64,000 nucleotides of DNA, from contig CAMTUX010000034.1 of the NCBI GenBank assembly GCA_947084995.1, positions 14,547 to 78,546 of the forward strand, in the 5' to 3' direction. This document shows positions 52,407 to 64,000 of this stretch, in pieces; positions within the stretch are counted from its first letter, which is position 1, and each line of letters opens with the position of its first letter. Under the pieces are notes generated by a model. It was not told the DNA's origin, made no database searches, and worked only from the letters and a program-made list of their open reading frames with translations. A program made the position numbers and the translations under genes. The stretch comes from an uncultured Roseococcus sp. (GTDB taxonomy: Bacteria > Pseudomonadota > Alphaproteobacteria > Acetobacterales > Acetobacteraceae).

Positions 52407-53062
52407 CCCGTCGGCGCAAGAATCCTTGTCAAAGCGATCGTCACCTCGGACATGTCGGCCATGCCGTCCACGCTACGCAGCTTGCCCTGCGCCGCGTAAT
52501 ACGGCAGCAGCGGGGCGGTCTGGCTATGATAGGCGGCAAGCCGTGCGCCAACCGTCTCTGCCTTGTCATCGGCGCGACGGGTGAACCCGGTGCTGCCGCA
52601 CACATCGCAAACGCCCGGCGTCCCAGGCTGCTTGAAGTGGTCGTGATAGCCCTCACCGCACTTGCCGCAAGTGTAACGGCCCGAAATCCGCTCCACCAGG
52701 GCCGCATCATCCACCTTCAACTCAATCACATGGTCAAGCACCATGCCATTCTCGCGCAACATATCGTCCAGCGCGGCCGCCTGGGGGGCGGTGCGCGGGA
52801 AGCCGTCCAGGATGAAGCCCTTGACCGCATCAGGCTGCTTCACCCGCCCGGCTATCATCGCGGTGATGATGGAGTCGGGAACCAGCGCCCCCCGTTCCAT
52901 GATGGCCCTGGCCTCTACTCCGATGGCGGAGCCCGACTTCACCTCGGCCCGGAGCATGTCCCCGGTCGAGACCTGAACCAGGCCGTAGCGCTGCTCCAGG
53001 ATCTTCGCCTGCGTGCCCTTGCCGGCACCCGGAGGGCCAAGAAGAATCAGGTTCATCGCCAT
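52403..53062 (-). CDS. adk: Adenylate kinase (Cys4 lid)
   Basis: [26 protein letters not shown]. Confidence 0.97.
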   Translation of the reverse strand: MAMNLILLGPPGAGKGTQAKILEQRYGLVQVSTGDMLRAEVKSGSAIGVEARAIMERGALVPDSIITAMIAGRVKQPDAVKGFILDGFPRTAPQAAALDDMLRENGMVLDHVIELKVDDAALVERISGRYTCGKCGEGYHDHFKQPGTPGVCDVCGSTGFTRRADDKAETVGARLAAYHSQTAPLLPYYAAQGKLRSVDGMADMSEVTIALTRILAPTG

Positions 53063-53066
53063 CTCC

Positions 53067-54422
53067 CTAGCGCGGCCTCGGGCCGCGTCCGCCCAGCCGG
53101 GCTTTCTTGATCAGGCCCTCATACTGGTGAGCAAAGAGATGCGACTGCACCTGCGCCACCGTGTCCATCGTCACCGTCACGATGATCAGCAGAGACGTGC
53201 CGCCGAAGTAGAAAGGAACGCCGTAATTCGAAATAAGAATCTCAGGGATGATGCACACGATGCAGAGGTAGATCGCGCCCACCGCCGTCAACCGCGTGAG
53301 GACCCGGTCCAGATACTCGGAGGTGTGATGGCCAGGCCGGATGCCGGGCACGAAGCCGCCATACTTCTTGAGGTTGTCCGCCGTCTCGGTCGGGTTGAAC
53401 ACCACGGCCGTATAGAAGAACGCGAAGAACACGATCAACGACATGTAGAGCCCCATATAGAGGGGCTGCCCATGCGCGAGCATGTTCGCCATGGATTGGA
53501 GCCAGGTATCCGCCGTCCGGTCCGTGCTGAAGCCCGCGATGGTGGCCGGCAGAAGCAGCAGCGATGACGCGAAGATGGGCGGAATCACACCAGCCGTATT
53601 CAGCTTCAGCGGCAGGTGGGTGTTCTCGCCGCCGAACATGCGGTTGCCAACCTGCCGCTTCGGGTACTGCACCGGAATGCGCCGCTGGGCGCGCTCCATG
53701 AAGACCACGAGGGCGATTGTAAACAGCGCCGCAACCAGGAAGAAGATGATGAAGAAGGTCGAGAGCGCGCCCGTCCGGCCCAACTCCAGCGTCGAGACCA
53801 GCGCCGAAGGCAGGTTGGCCACGATGCCCGCGAAGATAATGAGCGAGATGCCGTTGCCAACGCCGCGCGCAGTGATCTGCTCACCCAGCCACATCAGGAA
53901 CATGGTGCCGCCGACCAGCGTGATCATGCAGGATATGCGGAATGCCATCCCAGGATCGGCCACGGCCGCGCCCATGCTGCCGCGAATCCCCTCAAGCCCC
54001 ACGGCGATGCCATAGGCCTGGAAGATCGCGATCACCAGCGTCAGGTAGCGCGTATATTGGTTGAGCTTCTTGCGCCCGCTCTCGCCCTCCTTCTTCAGCG
54101 CTTCCCAGGCGGGAATCGCCGCCGTCATCAACTGGACGATGATGGAGGCCGAGATATAGGGCATGATATTAAGCGCGAAGACCGTCATCCGGCCCAGGGC
54201 TCCGCCACTGAACATGTCGAACATGCCAAGGATGCCGCCGCCATGCTGGCGCAGCATTTCCCCCATCACGGCCGCATCCACGCCCGGCACCGGGATGTAG
54301 GTGCCGATGCGATAGACGATGAGCGCGCCAAGCGTGAACCATATCCGGTTCTTCAGCTCGGTCGCTTTGGACAGCACGCCAAAATTCAGGCTGTTCGCGA
54401 GCTGATCGGTGGCCGACGCCAT
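53067..54422 (-). CDS. secY: Preprotein translocase SecY
   Basis: [29 protein letters not shown]. Confidence 0.97.
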   Translation of the reverse strand: MASATDQLANSLNFGVLSKATELKNRIWFTLGALIVYRIGTYIPVPGVDAAVMGEMLRQHGGGILGMFDMFSGGALGRMTVFALNIMPYISASIIVQLMTAAIPAWEALKKEGESGRKKLNQYTRYLTLVIAIFQAYGIAVGLEGIRGSMGAAVADPGMAFRISCMITLVGGTMFLMWLGEQITARGVGNGISLIIFAGIVANLPSALVSTLELGRTGALSTFFIIFFLVAALFTIALVVFMERAQRRIPVQYPKRQVGNRMFGGENTHLPLKLNTAGVIPPIFASSLLLLPATIAGFSTDRTADTWLQSMANMLAHGQPLYMGLYMSLIVFFAFFYTAVVFNPTETADNLKKYGGFVPGIRPGHHTSEYLDRVLTRLTAVGAIYLCIVCIIPEILISNYGVPFYFGGTSLLIIVTVTMDTVAQVQSHLFAHQYEGLIKKARLGGRGPRPR

Positions 54423-54472
54423 GCCCTAAACCCCCTGAGACTTGTCTGAGCAGTCAGTCAAACGTCGCCCGA

Positions 54473-54958
54473 TCACTCGGCGGCGGCTTCCGCCGCCGCA
54501 GGCAGCGTGACCGAACCGCCAGCCGCCTCGACCGCCGCGATCGCGGTCGCCGAAGCGCCCGAAACCGTGATTTTTACCGCGCGCTTGATCTCACCACGCC
54601 CCAACAGGCGCACGCCAGCGAACTTCTTGCTCTGGCGAACGATTCCAGCCTCGCGCAGGGCGACTTCCGTGATCTCGGCATCGGCGGAGATCTTGCCCTC
54701 GTCGATCGCCTTGTCCAGCGTGCCGATGTTCAGCGCCGCGTACTGGATGCGGAAGATGTTCTTGAATCCGCGCTTCGGCAGGCGCCGATAGATCGGGAGC
54801 TGACCACCTTCGAACCCGTTCAGCGAGACGCCGCTGCGGGCCTTCTGGCCCTTGACGCCACGGCCGGCAGTCTTGCCCTTGCCGGAGCCGATGCCGCGAC
54901 CGACGCGCTTGAACTTCGGCCGCGCGCCATCGTTGTCGCGCAATTCGTTGAGCTTCAT
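54473..54958 (-). CDS. rplO: 50S ribosomal protein L15
   Basis: [23 protein letters not shown]. Confidence 0.96.
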   Translation of the reverse strand: MKLNELRDNDGARPKFKRVGRGIGSGKGKTAGRGVKGQKARSGVSLNGFEGGQLPIYRRLPKRGFKNIFRIQYAALNIGTLDKAIDEGKISADAEITEVALREAGIVRQSKKFAGVRLLGRGEIKRAVKITVSGASATAIAAVEAAGGSVTLPAAAEAAAE

Positions 54959-54995
54959 GACCATGTCCTTTGAAGGAATGACCGCGTTGCCGCGG

Positions 54996-55184
54996 TCAGC
55001 CCTCCACCTTGATGAGATGCGCCACCTTGCGGATCATGCCGCGAACCGCGGGCGTGTCCTCAAGCTCGCGGGTGCGGTTGATCTTGTTCAGCCCGAGGCC
55101 GATCAGCGTACCCTGCTGACCCGGCTTCTGGCCATTCCCCGACGAGACCTGGGTCACGCGGATCGTTTTCTTCGCTTCAGACAT
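54996..55184 (-). CDS. rpmD: 50S ribosomal protein L30
   Basis: [17 protein letters not shown]. Confidence 0.95.
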   Translation of the reverse strand: MSEAKKTIRVTQVSSGNGQKPGQQGTLIGLGLNKINRTRELEDTPAVRGMIRKVAHLIKVEG

Positions 55185-55809
55185 TCGCAGCAGCCTCCGG
55201 CACCGGCTCAGCCGTGCCATCCTTGCGCGGACCCATCAGGTCAGCGACCTTCTTGCCACGGCGGTTCGCCACGCTGCGCGGGCTGGTCGCCAGCGACAGG
55301 GCGGCGAAGGTCGCCTTCACCATGTTATGCGGGTTGGTCGAGCCGGTGCACTTGGCCACGACGTCACCCATGCCCAGCGTCTCGAAGACGGCGCGCATCG
55401 GGCCGCCAGCGATGATGCCCGTACCGGCCGGGGCCGAACGCAGGACCACCCTGCCGGCACCAAACTCGCCGACCACATCATGGTGCAACGTGCGGCTCTC
55501 CCGCATCGGGACGCGGATCATGCCCTTCTTGGCGCGCTCCGTGGCCTTGCGGATGGCTTCCGGCACTTCACGCGCCTTGCCCGAACCCCAGCCCACACGG
55601 CCCTTCTGGTCACCCACCACCACCAGGGCGGCGAAGCTGAACCGACGGCCGCCCTTCACCACCTTGGCGACGCGGTTGATGGTAACCAGCTTGTCTTGCA
55701 GCTCATCGCCCTGGTCGCGCTCGGGCTGGTTGCGATTCTGGTCGCGGTCGCGGCCACGGCCACGCCCCCGGTTCTCGCCTTCGCCGCCGCTTCGCGGTTC
55801 ACGTGCCAT
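55177..55809 (-). CDS. rpsE: 30S ribosomal protein S5
   Basis: [22 protein letters not shown]. Confidence 0.97.
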   Translation of the reverse strand: MAREPRSGGEGENRGRGRGRDRDQNRNQPERDQGDELQDKLVTINRVAKVVKGGRRFSFAALVVVGDQKGRVGWGSGKAREVPEAIRKATERAKKGMIRVPMRESRTLHHDVVGEFGAGRVVLRSAPAGTGIIAGGPMRAVFETLGMGDVVAKCTGSTNPHNMVKATFAALSLATSPRSVANRRGKKVADLMGPRKDGTAEPVPEAAANV

Positions 55810-55827
55810 AATCTATCTCCCCGCGGC

Positions 55828-56190
55828 TCAGAAGGACAGGCCGCCCTCGCGGGCAGCCTCCGCCAGCGCCTTGACGCGGCCATGATACAGGAAGGGCCCA
55901 CGGTCGAAGACGACCGAGGAAACCCCGGCAGCGAGCGCACGCTCGGCCACCAGCTTGCCAACCGTGACGGCGGCGTCCTTGTCGGCACCGGTCTTGAGGC
56001 TGCCGCGCAGATCCTTCTCCACTGAGGAGGCTGCCGCAACCGTCTTGCCGGCCACGTCGTCGATGACCTGGGCGTAGATGTGACGCCCCGAACGAAAGAC
56101 CGACAGGCGCGGACGCCCGGCACCCTTGACCTTGATCTGGTAGCGCAGGCGCGCCCGGCGGCGATCCCGCAATGCGAGTTTGTCGGCCAT
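55828..56190 (-). CDS. rplR: 50S ribosomal protein L18
   Basis: [18 protein letters not shown]. Confidence 0.97.
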   Translation of the reverse strand: MADKLALRDRRRARLRYQIKVKGAGRPRLSVFRSGRHIYAQVIDDVAGKTVAAASSVEKDLRGSLKTGADKDAAVTVGKLVAERALAAGVSSVVFDRGPFLYHGRVKALAEAAREGGLSF

Positions 56191-56723
56191 TACTTCTTCT
56201 TCCCCTCCTTCCGGAGGATGACTTCGTTGTCGTATTTGATACCCTTGCCCTTGTAGGGCTCGGGACCGCGATAGGCGCGAATTTCAGCCGCCACCTGGCC
56301 AACCTTCTGCTTGTCCGTGCCTTCGACCTTGACCGAAGTCGGCTTGTCGCAACTGATCTTGATGCCAGCCGGAACCGCATAGCGGATCTCGTGGCTGTAG
56401 CCCAGGTTCAGCACCAGCTCATTACCGACCACAGCGGCCTTGTAACCGGTTCCGGTGATTTCCATGGACCTGGTGAAGCCCACCGAGACGCCCTGAACCA
56501 TCCCCTGAACCAGGCTGCGCGTCGTCCCCCAGAGGGTACGCTCGCGCGTGCCCTTCCCGCGGGGCGAAACCGCCACCTCATCGGCACGGATGTCGACATC
56601 GACCGCATCCGTGAGATCGAGCTTCAACTCACCGAGCTTGCCCTTGGCCACCAGCGTGCGGCCGTCCAGCGAGAGCTGGACGCCTGCAGGAACCGGGACC
56701 GGATATTTACCAACGCGAGACAT
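56190..56723 (-). CDS. rplF: 50S ribosomal protein L6
   Basis: [14 protein letters not shown]. Confidence 0.97.
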   Translation of the reverse strand: MSRVGKYPVPVPAGVQLSLDGRTLVAKGKLGELKLDLTDAVDVDIRADEVAVSPRGKGTRERTLWGTTRSLVQGMVQGVSVGFTRSMEITGTGYKAAVVGNELVLNLGYSHEIRYAVPAGIKISCDKPTSVKVEGTDKQKVGQVAAEIRAYRGPEPYKGKGIKYDNEVILRKEGKKK

Positions 56724-56735
56724 GCCGGCCCCCTA

Positions 56736-57134
56736 TCAGAACACGCGGCAAAGGACTTCGCCGCCAACATTGGCAGCGCGGGCCTCCGCATCACTCAACA
56801 CGCCTCGCGGCGTGGACAAAATCGAAATCCCGAGGCCGGCGTAGAACTTCGGCAGCTCCTTGATCTTCGAGTAGACGCGACGGCCAGGCTTGGAGACGCG
56901 CTTGATTTCCTTGATGGCGGGCTCGCCCTCGGAATACTTCAGCTCAATCTCGATCTGGCTGATGCCGGCGCGCAGCTCCTCCACGCGCCAGGCGCGGATG
57001 TAGCCTTCGCGCTTCAGCACGTCGAGCACATCGGTCTTGAGACGCGAGGCAGGCGCCACGCAGCGCGTCTGGCGCGCGCCATGGGCATTGCGGATGCGGG
57101 TGAGCAGGTCACCCAACGGATCGGACATGGACAT
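56736..57134 (-). CDS. rpsH: 30S ribosomal protein S8
   Basis: DPLGDLLTRIRN, SKPGRRVY. Confidence 0.97.
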   Translation of the reverse strand: MSMSDPLGDLLTRIRNAHGARQTRCVAPASRLKTDVLDVLKREGYIRAWRVEELRAGISQIEIELKYSEGEPAIKEIKRVSKPGRRVYSKIKELPKFYAGLGISILSTPRGVLSDAEARAANVGGEVLCRVF

Positions 57135-57146
57135 GTGCCGGGCCCC

Positions 57147-57452
57147 TTACCAGCTTGCCTTGACCACACCGGGGAGCTGACCCTTATTGGCCAAATCCCG
57201 CAGCTGGTTACGGCTGAGCTTGAACTTCCGGTAATTGCCGCGCGGACGCCCGGTCAACTCGCAACGCAGGCGGACACGAACCTTCGCACCGTTGCGCGGC
57301 ATCTCGGCGAGCTTGATGCTCGCCTCGAAGCGGTCTTCGATCGGCGTCTCGCGGTCCATGACGACCGCTTTCAGCTTCGCGCGCTTCTTGGCATGCAACG
57401 CGGAGAGCTTCTCGCGATACTTGTTCTTCTGAACTGAAGAGGTCTTGGCCAT
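57147..57452 (-). CDS. rpsN: 30S ribosomal protein S14 (long, Zn-independent type)
   Basis: [17 protein letters not shown]. Confidence 0.97.
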   Translation of the reverse strand: MAKTSSVQKNKYREKLSALHAKKRAKLKAVVMDRETPIEDRFEASIKLAEMPRNGAKVRVRLRCELTGRPRGNYRKFKLSRNQLRDLANKGQLPGVVKASW

Positions 57453-57507
57453 TTGGTCTGTGGTCCTCCGGAACCTGCCAACTCAACGTTGGCGGTTTTC
57501 CAATGAT

Positions 57508-58203
57508 TCAGTTGACGAAGGGGAGATCGAAAGCCTTCAGCAGAGCCTTGGCTTCCTTGTCCGTCTTCGCCGTCGTGACGAACACGATGTCCATGCCGCG
57601 CACCTGATCAACCTTGTCGTAGTTGATCTCGGGGAACACGATCTGCTCCTTCAAGCCCAGGGCATAGTTGCCCCGCCCATCAAAGCCACGGTTTCCGGGA
57701 ATGCCGCGGAAGTCACGAACGCGCGGGAGGGCGATCGTCACCAGGCGGTCCAGGAATTCGAACATGCGCGCCTTGCGGAGCGTCACCTTGCAGCCAATCG
57801 CCTGGCCTTCACGGATCTTGAAGCCCGCAATCGCCTTCTTCGCACGCGTGCGAACCGGCTTCTGGCCGGCGATCAGCGTGAGGTCGGCAACGGCCGCGTC
57901 CAGCTTCTTCTGGTCGCCGGCGGCTTCGCCCACGCCCATGTTGATCACGATCTTGTCGAGCTTCGGCACTTCCATCGGGTTCGTATAGCCGAACTCCTCC
58001 TGAAGCTTCGCCCGGATCACCTGGGCATAGGCAATCTGAAGGCGAGTGGGCTCGGACCAGGAAGCGGCTGCGGGACCGGGCGCGGCCGGAACTGCCTCCG
58101 CACGGCGGCTGCTGCCCTCGGGGGCATCAGCCTTCTTCGCAACCGGCTTGTTGGCCGGCTTGTTCTTGTTGCCGGGCGCATTGCCCTTTTTCGTCCCGCT
58201 CAT
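57508..58203 (-). CDS. rplE: 50S ribosomal protein L5 with N-terminal extension
   Basis: [28 protein letters not shown]. Confidence 0.96.
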   Translation of the reverse strand: MSGTKKGNAPGNKNKPANKPVAKKADAPEGSSRRAEAVPAAPGPAAASWSEPTRLQIAYAQVIRAKLQEEFGYTNPMEVPKLDKIVINMGVGEAAGDQKKLDAAVADLTLIAGQKPVRTRAKKAIAGFKIREGQAIGCKVTLRKARMFEFLDRLVTIALPRVRDFRGIPGNRGFDGRGNYALGLKEQIVFPEINYDKVDQVRGMDIVFVTTAKTDKEAKALLKAFDLPFVN

Positions 58204-58520
58204 GCGTCGAGCACCTCACCAGAGCCCTTGGCCACGCGAACCTTCTTCCCGTCCTCAAGGACGCGGAAGCCGACGCGGGTGGGCTTGTCCGTCTTCGGGT
58301 CAATCAGCGCCAGGTTCGAGAGGTCAATCGTGGCCTCCTTCGAGACGATGCCGCCGGCCTCACCCACGCGCGTCTGCTTCGTGTGCTTCTTGACCAGGTT
58401 CACGCCCTGAACCACTGCGCGGTTCTCGGTCGGGTTCACGCGGAGGACTTCCCCGCGCTTGCCCTTGTCACGACCGGAGAGCACATGCACCCGGTCGCCC
58501 TTCTTGATCTTGGCGGCCAT
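58200..58520 (-). CDS. rplX: 50S ribosomal protein L24
   Basis: [19 protein letters not shown] motif. Confidence 0.97.
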   Translation of the reverse strand: MAAKIKKGDRVHVLSGRDKGKRGEVLRVNPTENRAVVQGVNLVKKHTKQTRVGEAGGIVSKEATIDLSNLALIDPKTDKPTRVGFRVLEDGKKVRVAKGSGEVLDA

Positions 58521-58522
58521 GA

Positions 58523-58891
58523 TTACAGGACCTCCGGCGCCAGCGAGATGATCTTCATGAACTTGCGCGCGCGCAGCTCACGAACCACCGGGCCAAAAAT
58601 ACGCGTGCCGATCGGCTCATTGGACTTGTTGATCAGCACCGCGGCGTTGCGGTCAAACCGGATGGCAGAGCCATCGGCGCGGCGAACCGGGTAGGAGGTG
58701 CGCACGATGACCGCGCGCTCGACCGATCCCTTCTTCACCTTCCCGCGGGGAATCGCTTCCTGCACGGCAACGACGATGATGTCGCCCACCGAAGCCGTGC
58801 GGCGCTTGGAGCCGCCCAGGACCTTGATGCACTGCACCCGGCGCGCGCCGCTGTTGTCAGCGACGTCGAGATTGGATTCAACCGAGATCAT
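58523..58891 (-). CDS. rplN: 50S ribosomal protein L14
   Basis: [15 protein letters not shown]. Confidence 0.97.
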   Translation of the reverse strand: MISVESNLDVADNSGARRVQCIKVLGGSKRRTASVGDIIVVAVQEAIPRGKVKKGSVERAVIVRTSYPVRRADGSAIRFDRNAAVLINKSNEPIGTRIFGPVVRELRARKFMKIISLAPEVL

Positions 58892-59151
58892 GCCGCGACT
58901 CCTTCAGCCAGGGCGGCGCCGTTGCGGGCCACCACCGTCCAGGTCTTGCGCTTGCTGATCGGGGGGCATTCCTCGATGGAGACGAGGTCGCCTTCCTTGC
59001 ACAGGTTGGTTTCGTCATGCGCCGCATACTTCTTGGAACGGCGAATGAACTTCTTGTAGAGCGGATGCATCACGCGACGTTCGACCAAGACGGTGATCGT
59101 CTTGTCCATCTTGTCGCTGACAACCCGCCCGGTGAGGACTCTCTTCGGCAT
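58888..59151 (-). CDS. rpsQ: 30S ribosomal protein S17
   Basis: [15 protein letters not shown]. Confidence 0.97.
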   Translation of the reverse strand: MPKRVLTGRVVSDKMDKTITVLVERRVMHPLYKKFIRRSKKYAAHDETNLCKEGDLVSIEECPPISKRKTWTVVARNGAALAEGVAA

Positions 59152-59165
59152 GGCCGTGGTCTCCT

Positions 59166-59372
59166 CTATGCCTTGGCGGCCGAACGCGAACGCTCGACCA
59201 GGACGGTTTTCACACGGGCGATATCACGACGAACCGCCTGGATGCGGCCCGTCGCTTCCAGCTGCCCGGTGGCACGCTGGAAACGCAGATTGAACTGCTC
59301 CTTCCGAAGGTCGAGCAGCAAGCCGCCCAACTCATCTTCCGTCTTGGTGCGGATGTCCACGATCTTGGTCAT
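59166..59372 (-). CDS. rpmC: 50S ribosomal protein L29
   Basis: [18 protein letters not shown]. Confidence 0.96.
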   Translation of the reverse strand: MTKIVDIRTKTEDELGGLLLDLRKEQFNLRFQRATGQLEATGRIQAVRRDIARVKTVLVERSRSAAKA

Positions 59373-59376
59373 GACC

Positions 59377-59799
59377 TCAGGCCTCCGTCGCGCCGAGGCG
59401 CGCAACAATCTTGGTGCGGATCGGCAGCTTGGCCGCGCCAAGCTCCAGGGCCTCGCGCGCGATATCCAGCGGCACACCATCAATCTCGAACATAATGCGG
59501 CCCGGCTTCACCCGGGACACCCAGAACTCCGGCGCGCCCTTGCCTGAGCCCATGCGGACTTCCGCGGGCTTGGACGAGACCGGCACATCCGGGAAAATGC
59601 GGATCCAGACGCGGCCCTGGCGCTTCATGGCGCGGGTGATCGCGCGGCGAGCCGCCTCGATCTGCCGCGCCGTCACGCGCTCAGGCTCCAACGCCTTCAG
59701 GCCGTAGCCGCCGAAGGACAGCGTGAAGCCACCCTTGGCCACGCCCTTGATGCGGCCCTTATGGGCCTTCCGATACTTGGTTCGCTTCGGCTGCAACAT
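59377..59799 (-). CDS. rplP: 50S ribosomal protein L16
   Basis: [20 protein letters not shown]. Confidence 0.97.
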   Translation of the reverse strand: MLQPKRTKYRKAHKGRIKGVAKGGFTLSFGGYGLKALEPERVTARQIEAARRAITRAMKRQGRVWIRIFPDVPVSSKPAEVRMGSGKGAPEFWVSRVKPGRIMFEIDGVPLDIAREALELGAAKLPIRTKIVARLGATEA

Positions 59800-59813
59800 C
59801 TCAGTTCACCTGG

Positions 59814-60491
59814 TTACCGCTGGGGCGCTTGTTCGTGGGCACGCTTGTCTTGCGCGCTCGGATCGTGGGCCATGATCTCGCCCTTGAAGATCCACACCTT
59901 GACGCCGCAGGTGCCATAGGTCGTCTTCGCCGTCGCCACGCCGTAGTCAATATCGGCGCGGAGCGTGTGCAGGGGCACGCGGCCCTCGCGATACCACTCC
60001 ATGCGCGCGATCTCGGCGCCGCCAAGACGGCCGGAGCAGTTGATCCGAATCCCGAGCGCACCCAGCCGCATGGCGGATTGAACGGCGCGCTTCATCGCAC
60101 GCCGGAACGCCACGCGGCGTTCGAGCTGCTGGGCGATGCTCTCGGCCACCAGGACGCTGTCCAGCTCCGGCTTGCGGATCTCAAGGATGTTCAGCGACAC
60201 CTCGGCGCCCGCCTTGACCGACAGCTCCTTGCGGAGGGTATCGATATCGGCGCCCTTCTTGCCGATGACGACGCCAGGGCGCGCGGCATGGATGGTCACG
60301 CGCGGCTTCTTCGCCGGACGCTCGATCACCACCTTCGACACACCGGCGGACTTCAGGCGGTCCTTCAGGGTCTCGCGCAGACGCAGGTCGTCATGCAGCA
60401 GGCGCGCATAGTCGCGGCCCGCATACCACCGGCTGTCCCAGGTGCGGTTGATGCCGAGGCGAAGGCCAATCGGATTGACTTTGTGACCCAT
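59814..60491 (-). CDS. rpsC: 30S ribosomal protein S3
   Basis: [23 protein letters not shown]. Confidence 0.97.
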   Translation of the reverse strand: MGHKVNPIGLRLGINRTWDSRWYAGRDYARLLHDDLRLRETLKDRLKSAGVSKVVIERPAKKPRVTIHAARPGVVIGKKGADIDTLRKELSVKAGAEVSLNILEIRKPELDSVLVAESIAQQLERRVAFRRAMKRAVQSAMRLGALGIRINCSGRLGGAEIARMEWYREGRVPLHTLRADIDYGVATAKTTYGTCGVKVWIFKGEIMAHDPSAQDKRAHEQAPQR

Positions 60492-60492
60492 A

Positions 60493-60897
60493 TTACGCTG
60501 CCTTCGCTTCGCTCGACGCCGCCGGCGCCTGCTGTTCCGCGACCACGATCTTCAGATGGCTGAACCACTTCTCGATGCGCGACGACTTGCCGCGGCCGCG
60601 CGCGGCGAAGCGCTTCATCACGATCGAGCGACCCACTTCCGCCTTGGCCACCACCAGACGATCGACGTCCAGCTGATGGTTGTTCTCGGCATTGGCGATC
60701 GCGCTCTCGAGCGTCTTTTTCACAGTCTGGGCGATGCGGCGCTTGCTGAAGGTCAGCGTGGCGACGGCATCCTGGGCCTTGGCACCGCGGATCATCGCGG
60801 CCACCAGGTTCAGCTTCATCGGACTCACGCGGATGTTGTGCGTGATGGCCTGGGCCTCGAAATCCGCGAGACCGCGGGGATGTTTCGGCTTGCTCAT
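60493..60897 (-). CDS. rplV: 50S ribosomal protein L22
   Basis: [14 protein letters not shown]. Confidence 0.96.
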   Translation of the reverse strand: MSKPKHPRGLADFEAQAITHNIRVSPMKLNLVAAMIRGAKAQDAVATLTFSKRRIAQTVKKTLESAIANAENNHQLDVDRLVVAKAEVGRSIVMKRFAARGRGKSSRIEKWFSHLKIVVAEQQAPAASSEAKAA

Positions 60898-60900
60898 GGC

Positions 60901-61179
60901 TTAGCCCCGCTTTGCCTTCTTGTCGGCCGAGTGACCACCAAAGGTCCGCGTCGGCGAGAATTCGCCGAGCTTGTGGCCAACCATGTTTTCAGACACCTGA
61001 ACCGGCAGGAACTTCTTGCCGTTGTAAACCCCGAAAGTGAGGCCCACGAACTGCGGCAAGATCGTGCTGCGGCGCGACCAGGTCTTGATAAGCTCGTTGC
61101 GGGTGGAGTTCCTTGCGGTCTCCGCCTTGGCGAGGAGGTATCCGTCTACGAACGGACCTTTCCATACACTGCGCGGCAT
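60901..61179 (-). CDS. rpsS: 30S ribosomal protein S19
   Basis: [15 protein letters not shown]. Confidence 0.97.
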   Translation of the reverse strand: MPRSVWKGPFVDGYLLAKAETARNSTRNELIKTWSRRSTILPQFVGLTFGVYNGKKFLPVQVSENMVGHKLGEFSPTRTFGGHSADKKAKRG

Positions 61180-61184
61180 CGCGA

Positions 61185-62021
61185 TTAGCCCTTCGTCGCG
61201 TTGCGGCGGCGCACGATATTGCGATCCGTCCGCTTGTTGTTGCGCGTCTTCGCACCCTTGGTCGGCTTGCCCCACGGCGTCACCGGATGGCGACCACCAG
61301 AGGTCCGGCCTTCACCACCACCATGCGGGTGGTCAACCGGGTTCATCGTCACGCCGCGGTTATGCGGCTTGCGACCCATCCAGCGGCTACGACCAGCCTT
61401 GCCCAGGTCCTGGTTGCTGTTATCCGCGTTGGACACGGCACCGATGCTGGCCAGACACTCGCTGCGCACGGTACGCACCTCGCCTGACATCAGCTTGACC
61501 TGCGCCAGGCCGGCATCCTTGCCGACCAACTGCGCGAAAGTCCCGGCCGAGCGCGCCACCTTGGCGCCGGCACCCGGCTTCAGCTCGATATTATGGATCA
61601 CCGTACCGACCGGGATCGCGCCCAGCGGCATGGCATTGCCGGGCTTGATGTCGGCCTTGTCGGCGGCGATCACGACATCACCCACCTTCATGCGCTGCGG
61701 CGCGATGATGTAGGCGATTTCGTTGTTGCTGTATTTCACGAGCGCGATGAAGGCGGTGCGGTTCGGATCATACTCGATCCGCTCCACCGTCGCCGGCATG
61801 CCCCAATTGGCACGGCGCTTGAAGTCAACGATGCGGTAGGACTGCTTGTGTCCGCCCCCACGGAATCGCACAGTGATGCGGCCGTGATTATTGCGGCCGC
61901 CGGAGTGGCTCTTGCCCTCCGTCAGCCCCTTCACGGGCTTGCCCTTCCACAGACCGGAGCGGTCAATGAGAACCGTGCCGCGAAGGCTCGGCGTCGTCGG
62001 GTTGAAATTCTTGAGCGACAT
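61185..62021 (-). CDS. rplB: 50S ribosomal protein L2
   Basis: [20 protein letters not shown]. Confidence 0.97.
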   Translation of the reverse strand: MSLKNFNPTTPSLRGTVLIDRSGLWKGKPVKGLTEGKSHSGGRNNHGRITVRFRGGGHKQSYRIVDFKRRANWGMPATVERIEYDPNRTAFIALVKYSNNEIAYIIAPQRMKVGDVVIAADKADIKPGNAMPLGAIPVGTVIHNIELKPGAGAKVARSAGTFAQLVGKDAGLAQVKLMSGEVRTVRSECLASIGAVSNADNSNQDLGKAGRSRWMGRKPHNRGVTMNPVDHPHGGGEGRTSGGRHPVTPWGKPTKGAKTRNNKRTDRNIVRRRNATKG

Positions 62022-62024
62022 GGC

Positions 62025-62360
62025 TTAGCTGAGCCCCGTGGTCAGATCGATGCTCTGGCCATCGGCCAGGCGCACCATCGCCTTCTTCCAATCCGAGCGC
62101 TGGCCGGGACGGCCCTTGAAGCGCTTGGCCTTGCCCTTCACGACGAGTGTGTTCACCGCGAGCACGTTCACGCCGAAGAGACCCTCGACTGCCTGCTTGA
62201 TCTCAGGCTTCGAGGCGTCCATCGCGACGCGGAACGCGTACTGTCCGGTCTCGCTCATCATGGTGGCCTTCTCGGTCACCAGGGGCGAGAGGATGCACTG
62301 GTACATCCGCTCGGCGCTGATCTTCGGCGCCGCCTTGGGCTTGCTGATGGACGCACTCAT
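62025..62360 (-). CDS. rplW: 50S ribosomal protein L23
   Basis: P.VTEKAT, KKAMV.L. Confidence 0.96.
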   Translation of the reverse strand: MSASISKPKAAPKISAERMYQCILSPLVTEKATMMSETGQYAFRVAMDASKPEIKQAVEGLFGVNVLAVNTLVVKGKAKRFKGRPGQRSDWKKAMVRLADGQSIDLTTGLS

Positions 62361-62977
62361 GCGAGCCGCTCCTTCAGGGCTTCGACGCCGGCGCGCGTGA
62401 GCACGAGCACGTCATGGTTGAGGATGTCATAGACATTGGCGCCCGCCGTCGGCAGGGCGTCCATGCCAGGGATGTTACGCAACACGCGCAGGAAGTGATC
62501 ATTCACCTCCGCGTCGATCACCAGCGCCTTGGTCCAGCCCAGCGCCTTGACCTGCCTGGCCATGGTGCTGGTCTTTGCCGCCTGGTCGGCCGTCGCGGCG
62601 TCGAGCACGACCAGCTTGCCGTCCCTGGCCTTCTGGCTAAGCGCGGAGATCAGGCCCAAACGGCGAACCTTCTTGTTCAGGCTATAGCCATGGTCGCGAA
62701 CGACCGGGCCATGCACCACGCCGCCCTTGCGGAACTGCGGAGCGCGCAGCGAGCCCTGGCGGGCCGAGCCCGTGCCCTTCTGGCGGTAAGGCTTGCGCGT
62801 CGTACCCGACACTTCGCCCATGCCCTTGACCTTGTGGGTCCCGGCGCGGCGCTTGGCCAGCTGCCAGTGAACCACGCGGGCCATGATGTCGGCGCGGGGC
62901 GCCGTGGCGAACAACTCGTCCGGCAGATCAGCTTCGCCGGCCGGGGCGTTGTCCAGAGTGATAACGGAAACTTGCAT
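62357..62977 (-). CDS. rplD: 50S ribosomal protein L4
   Basis: [14 protein letters not shown]. Confidence 0.97.
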   Translation of the reverse strand: MQVSVITLDNAPAGEADLPDELFATAPRADIMARVVHWQLAKRRAGTHKVKGMGEVSGTTRKPYRQKGTGSARQGSLRAPQFRKGGVVHGPVVRDHGYSLNKKVRRLGLISALSQKARDGKLVVLDAATADQAAKTSTMARQVKALGWTKALVIDAEVNDHFLRVLRNIPGMDALPTAGANVYDILNHDVLVLTRAGVEALKERLA

Positions 62978-62987
62978 GGACCTGACC

Positions 62988-63695
62988 TCAGACCGTCGCC
63001 GCGGGCGGCGCGGAGGAAACCGCAGTGGGGAACGGCGCATCGGCGGGACGCGCGCGCTTCACGGCGTCACGCACCAGCACATAGCCACCGGCAGAGCCAG
63101 GAATGCAGCCCTTGATGAGCAGAAGTCCGCGCTCGGCATCGTGACCGGCGATCACGAGGTTCTGCGTGGTGATGCGCTCAACGCCGAGGTGACCGGCCAT
63201 CTTCTTGTTCTTGAAGGTCTTGCCCGGATCCTGACGATTGCCGGTCGAACCATGCGAACGGTGGCTGATCGAGACGCCGTGCGAGGCTTCGAGACCCGAG
63301 AAGTTCCAGCGCTTCATGGCACCGGCAAAACCCTTGCCCTTCGAAGTGCCGGTCACGTCAACCTTCTGCCCGGCGACAAAATGCGCGCCCGACAGCATGG
63401 TGCCAGGGGCGACCAGCGCCTCGGCATCCACACGGAATTCCGTCACCTTCAGCGGCGCCTCAACGCCGGCCTTCGCGAAGTGCCCGCGATTGGCCTTCGA
63501 TACGTTCTTCGGCTTCGCCTTGCCAATGCCGAGCTGGAGGGCGGTGTAGCCATCCGTCTCAACCGTCCGTTGAGCGACAACGCGAACCGCGTCGAGGTGA
63601 AGCACCGTCACCGGGGTGGTGGTGCCGTCATCATTGAAAAGACGAGTCATGCCGAGCTTGCGCGCGATCAGTCCCGTCCGGACCTGGGTGGCCAT
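62988..63695 (-). CDS. rplC: 50S ribosomal protein L3
   Basis: [27 protein letters not shown]. Confidence 0.97.
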   Translation of the reverse strand: MATQVRTGLIARKLGMTRLFNDDGTTTPVTVLHLDAVRVVAQRTVETDGYTALQLGIGKAKPKNVSKANRGHFAKAGVEAPLKVTEFRVDAEALVAPGTMLSGAHFVAGQKVDVTGTSKGKGFAGAMKRWNFSGLEASHGVSISHRSHGSTGNRQDPGKTFKNKKMAGHLGVERITTQNLVIAGHDAERGLLLIKGCIPGSAGGYVLVRDAVKRARPADAPFPTAVSSAPPAATV

Positions 63696-63705
63696 GGTTC
63701 CGTCC

Positions 63706-64000
63706 TCAGATCTTGATCTCGACGTCCACACCGGAGGCCAGGTCGAGCTTCATCAGCGCGTCCACGGTCTGCGGGGTGGGGTCGACGATGTCGAGAAGCC
63801 GGCGATGCGTCCGAATTTCGAACTGCTCGCGGCTCTTCTTGTCCACATGGGGCGAGCGGTTCACCGTGAAACGCTCGATCTGCGTCGGCAGCGGGATCGG
63901 ACCCCGCACGCGCGCACCGGTCCGCTTCGCGGTCTGGACGATCTCCCGCGTGCTGCCATCGAGCACGCGGTGATCGAACGCCTTGAGGCGAATGCGGATA
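63706..64000 (-). CDS. rpsJ: 30S ribosomal protein S10 (5' end beyond the window)
   Basis: [34 protein letters not shown]. Confidence 0.97.
   Translation of the reverse strand, partial: IRIRLKAFDHRVLDGSTREIVQTAKRTGARVRGPIPLPTQIERFTVNRSPHVDKKSREQFEIRTHRRLLDIVDPTPQTVDALMKLDLASGVDVEIKI

Noticed and set aside
52590-52680. Cys4 metal site in the adenylate kinase lid
   Set aside because: Known variant, including in alphaproteobacteria; not novel.

Overview
High-GC alphaproteobacterial chromosome segment; gene content and order suggest Acetobacteraceae (Roseococcus/Roseomonas-like), which is an inference. The left edge holds tRNA-Gln(CTG) with what looks like the att arm and first 19 codons of an integrase from an element lying outside the window. 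Then come ppx-like, rlmE, guaB, a HAD hydrolase, an rsmB-like gene, a GNAT and guaA; serA; a purine-catabolism group (M20 amidase, uraH, puuD) interrupted by a solitary foreign phage-like gene; nrdAB with tandem NrdR boxes and a LexA-type box; htpG; a hydratase/CoA-transferase/CoA-lyase operon; glk, ABC-F, ndk; purMN, perM-like, hdaA, ppk1-ppx; gmk-yicC; and the S10-spc-alpha ribosomal protein cluster from rplQ to a window-truncated rpsJ. The 13-36 kb zone is full of internally deleted gene relics. Two ~105-bp double-hairpin miniature elements occur as a pair at two loci in different order and orientation, each time inside a gene or gene relic. No CRISPR array, rRNA or complete defence system was seen. 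All family assignments come from motif recognition, not database searches.
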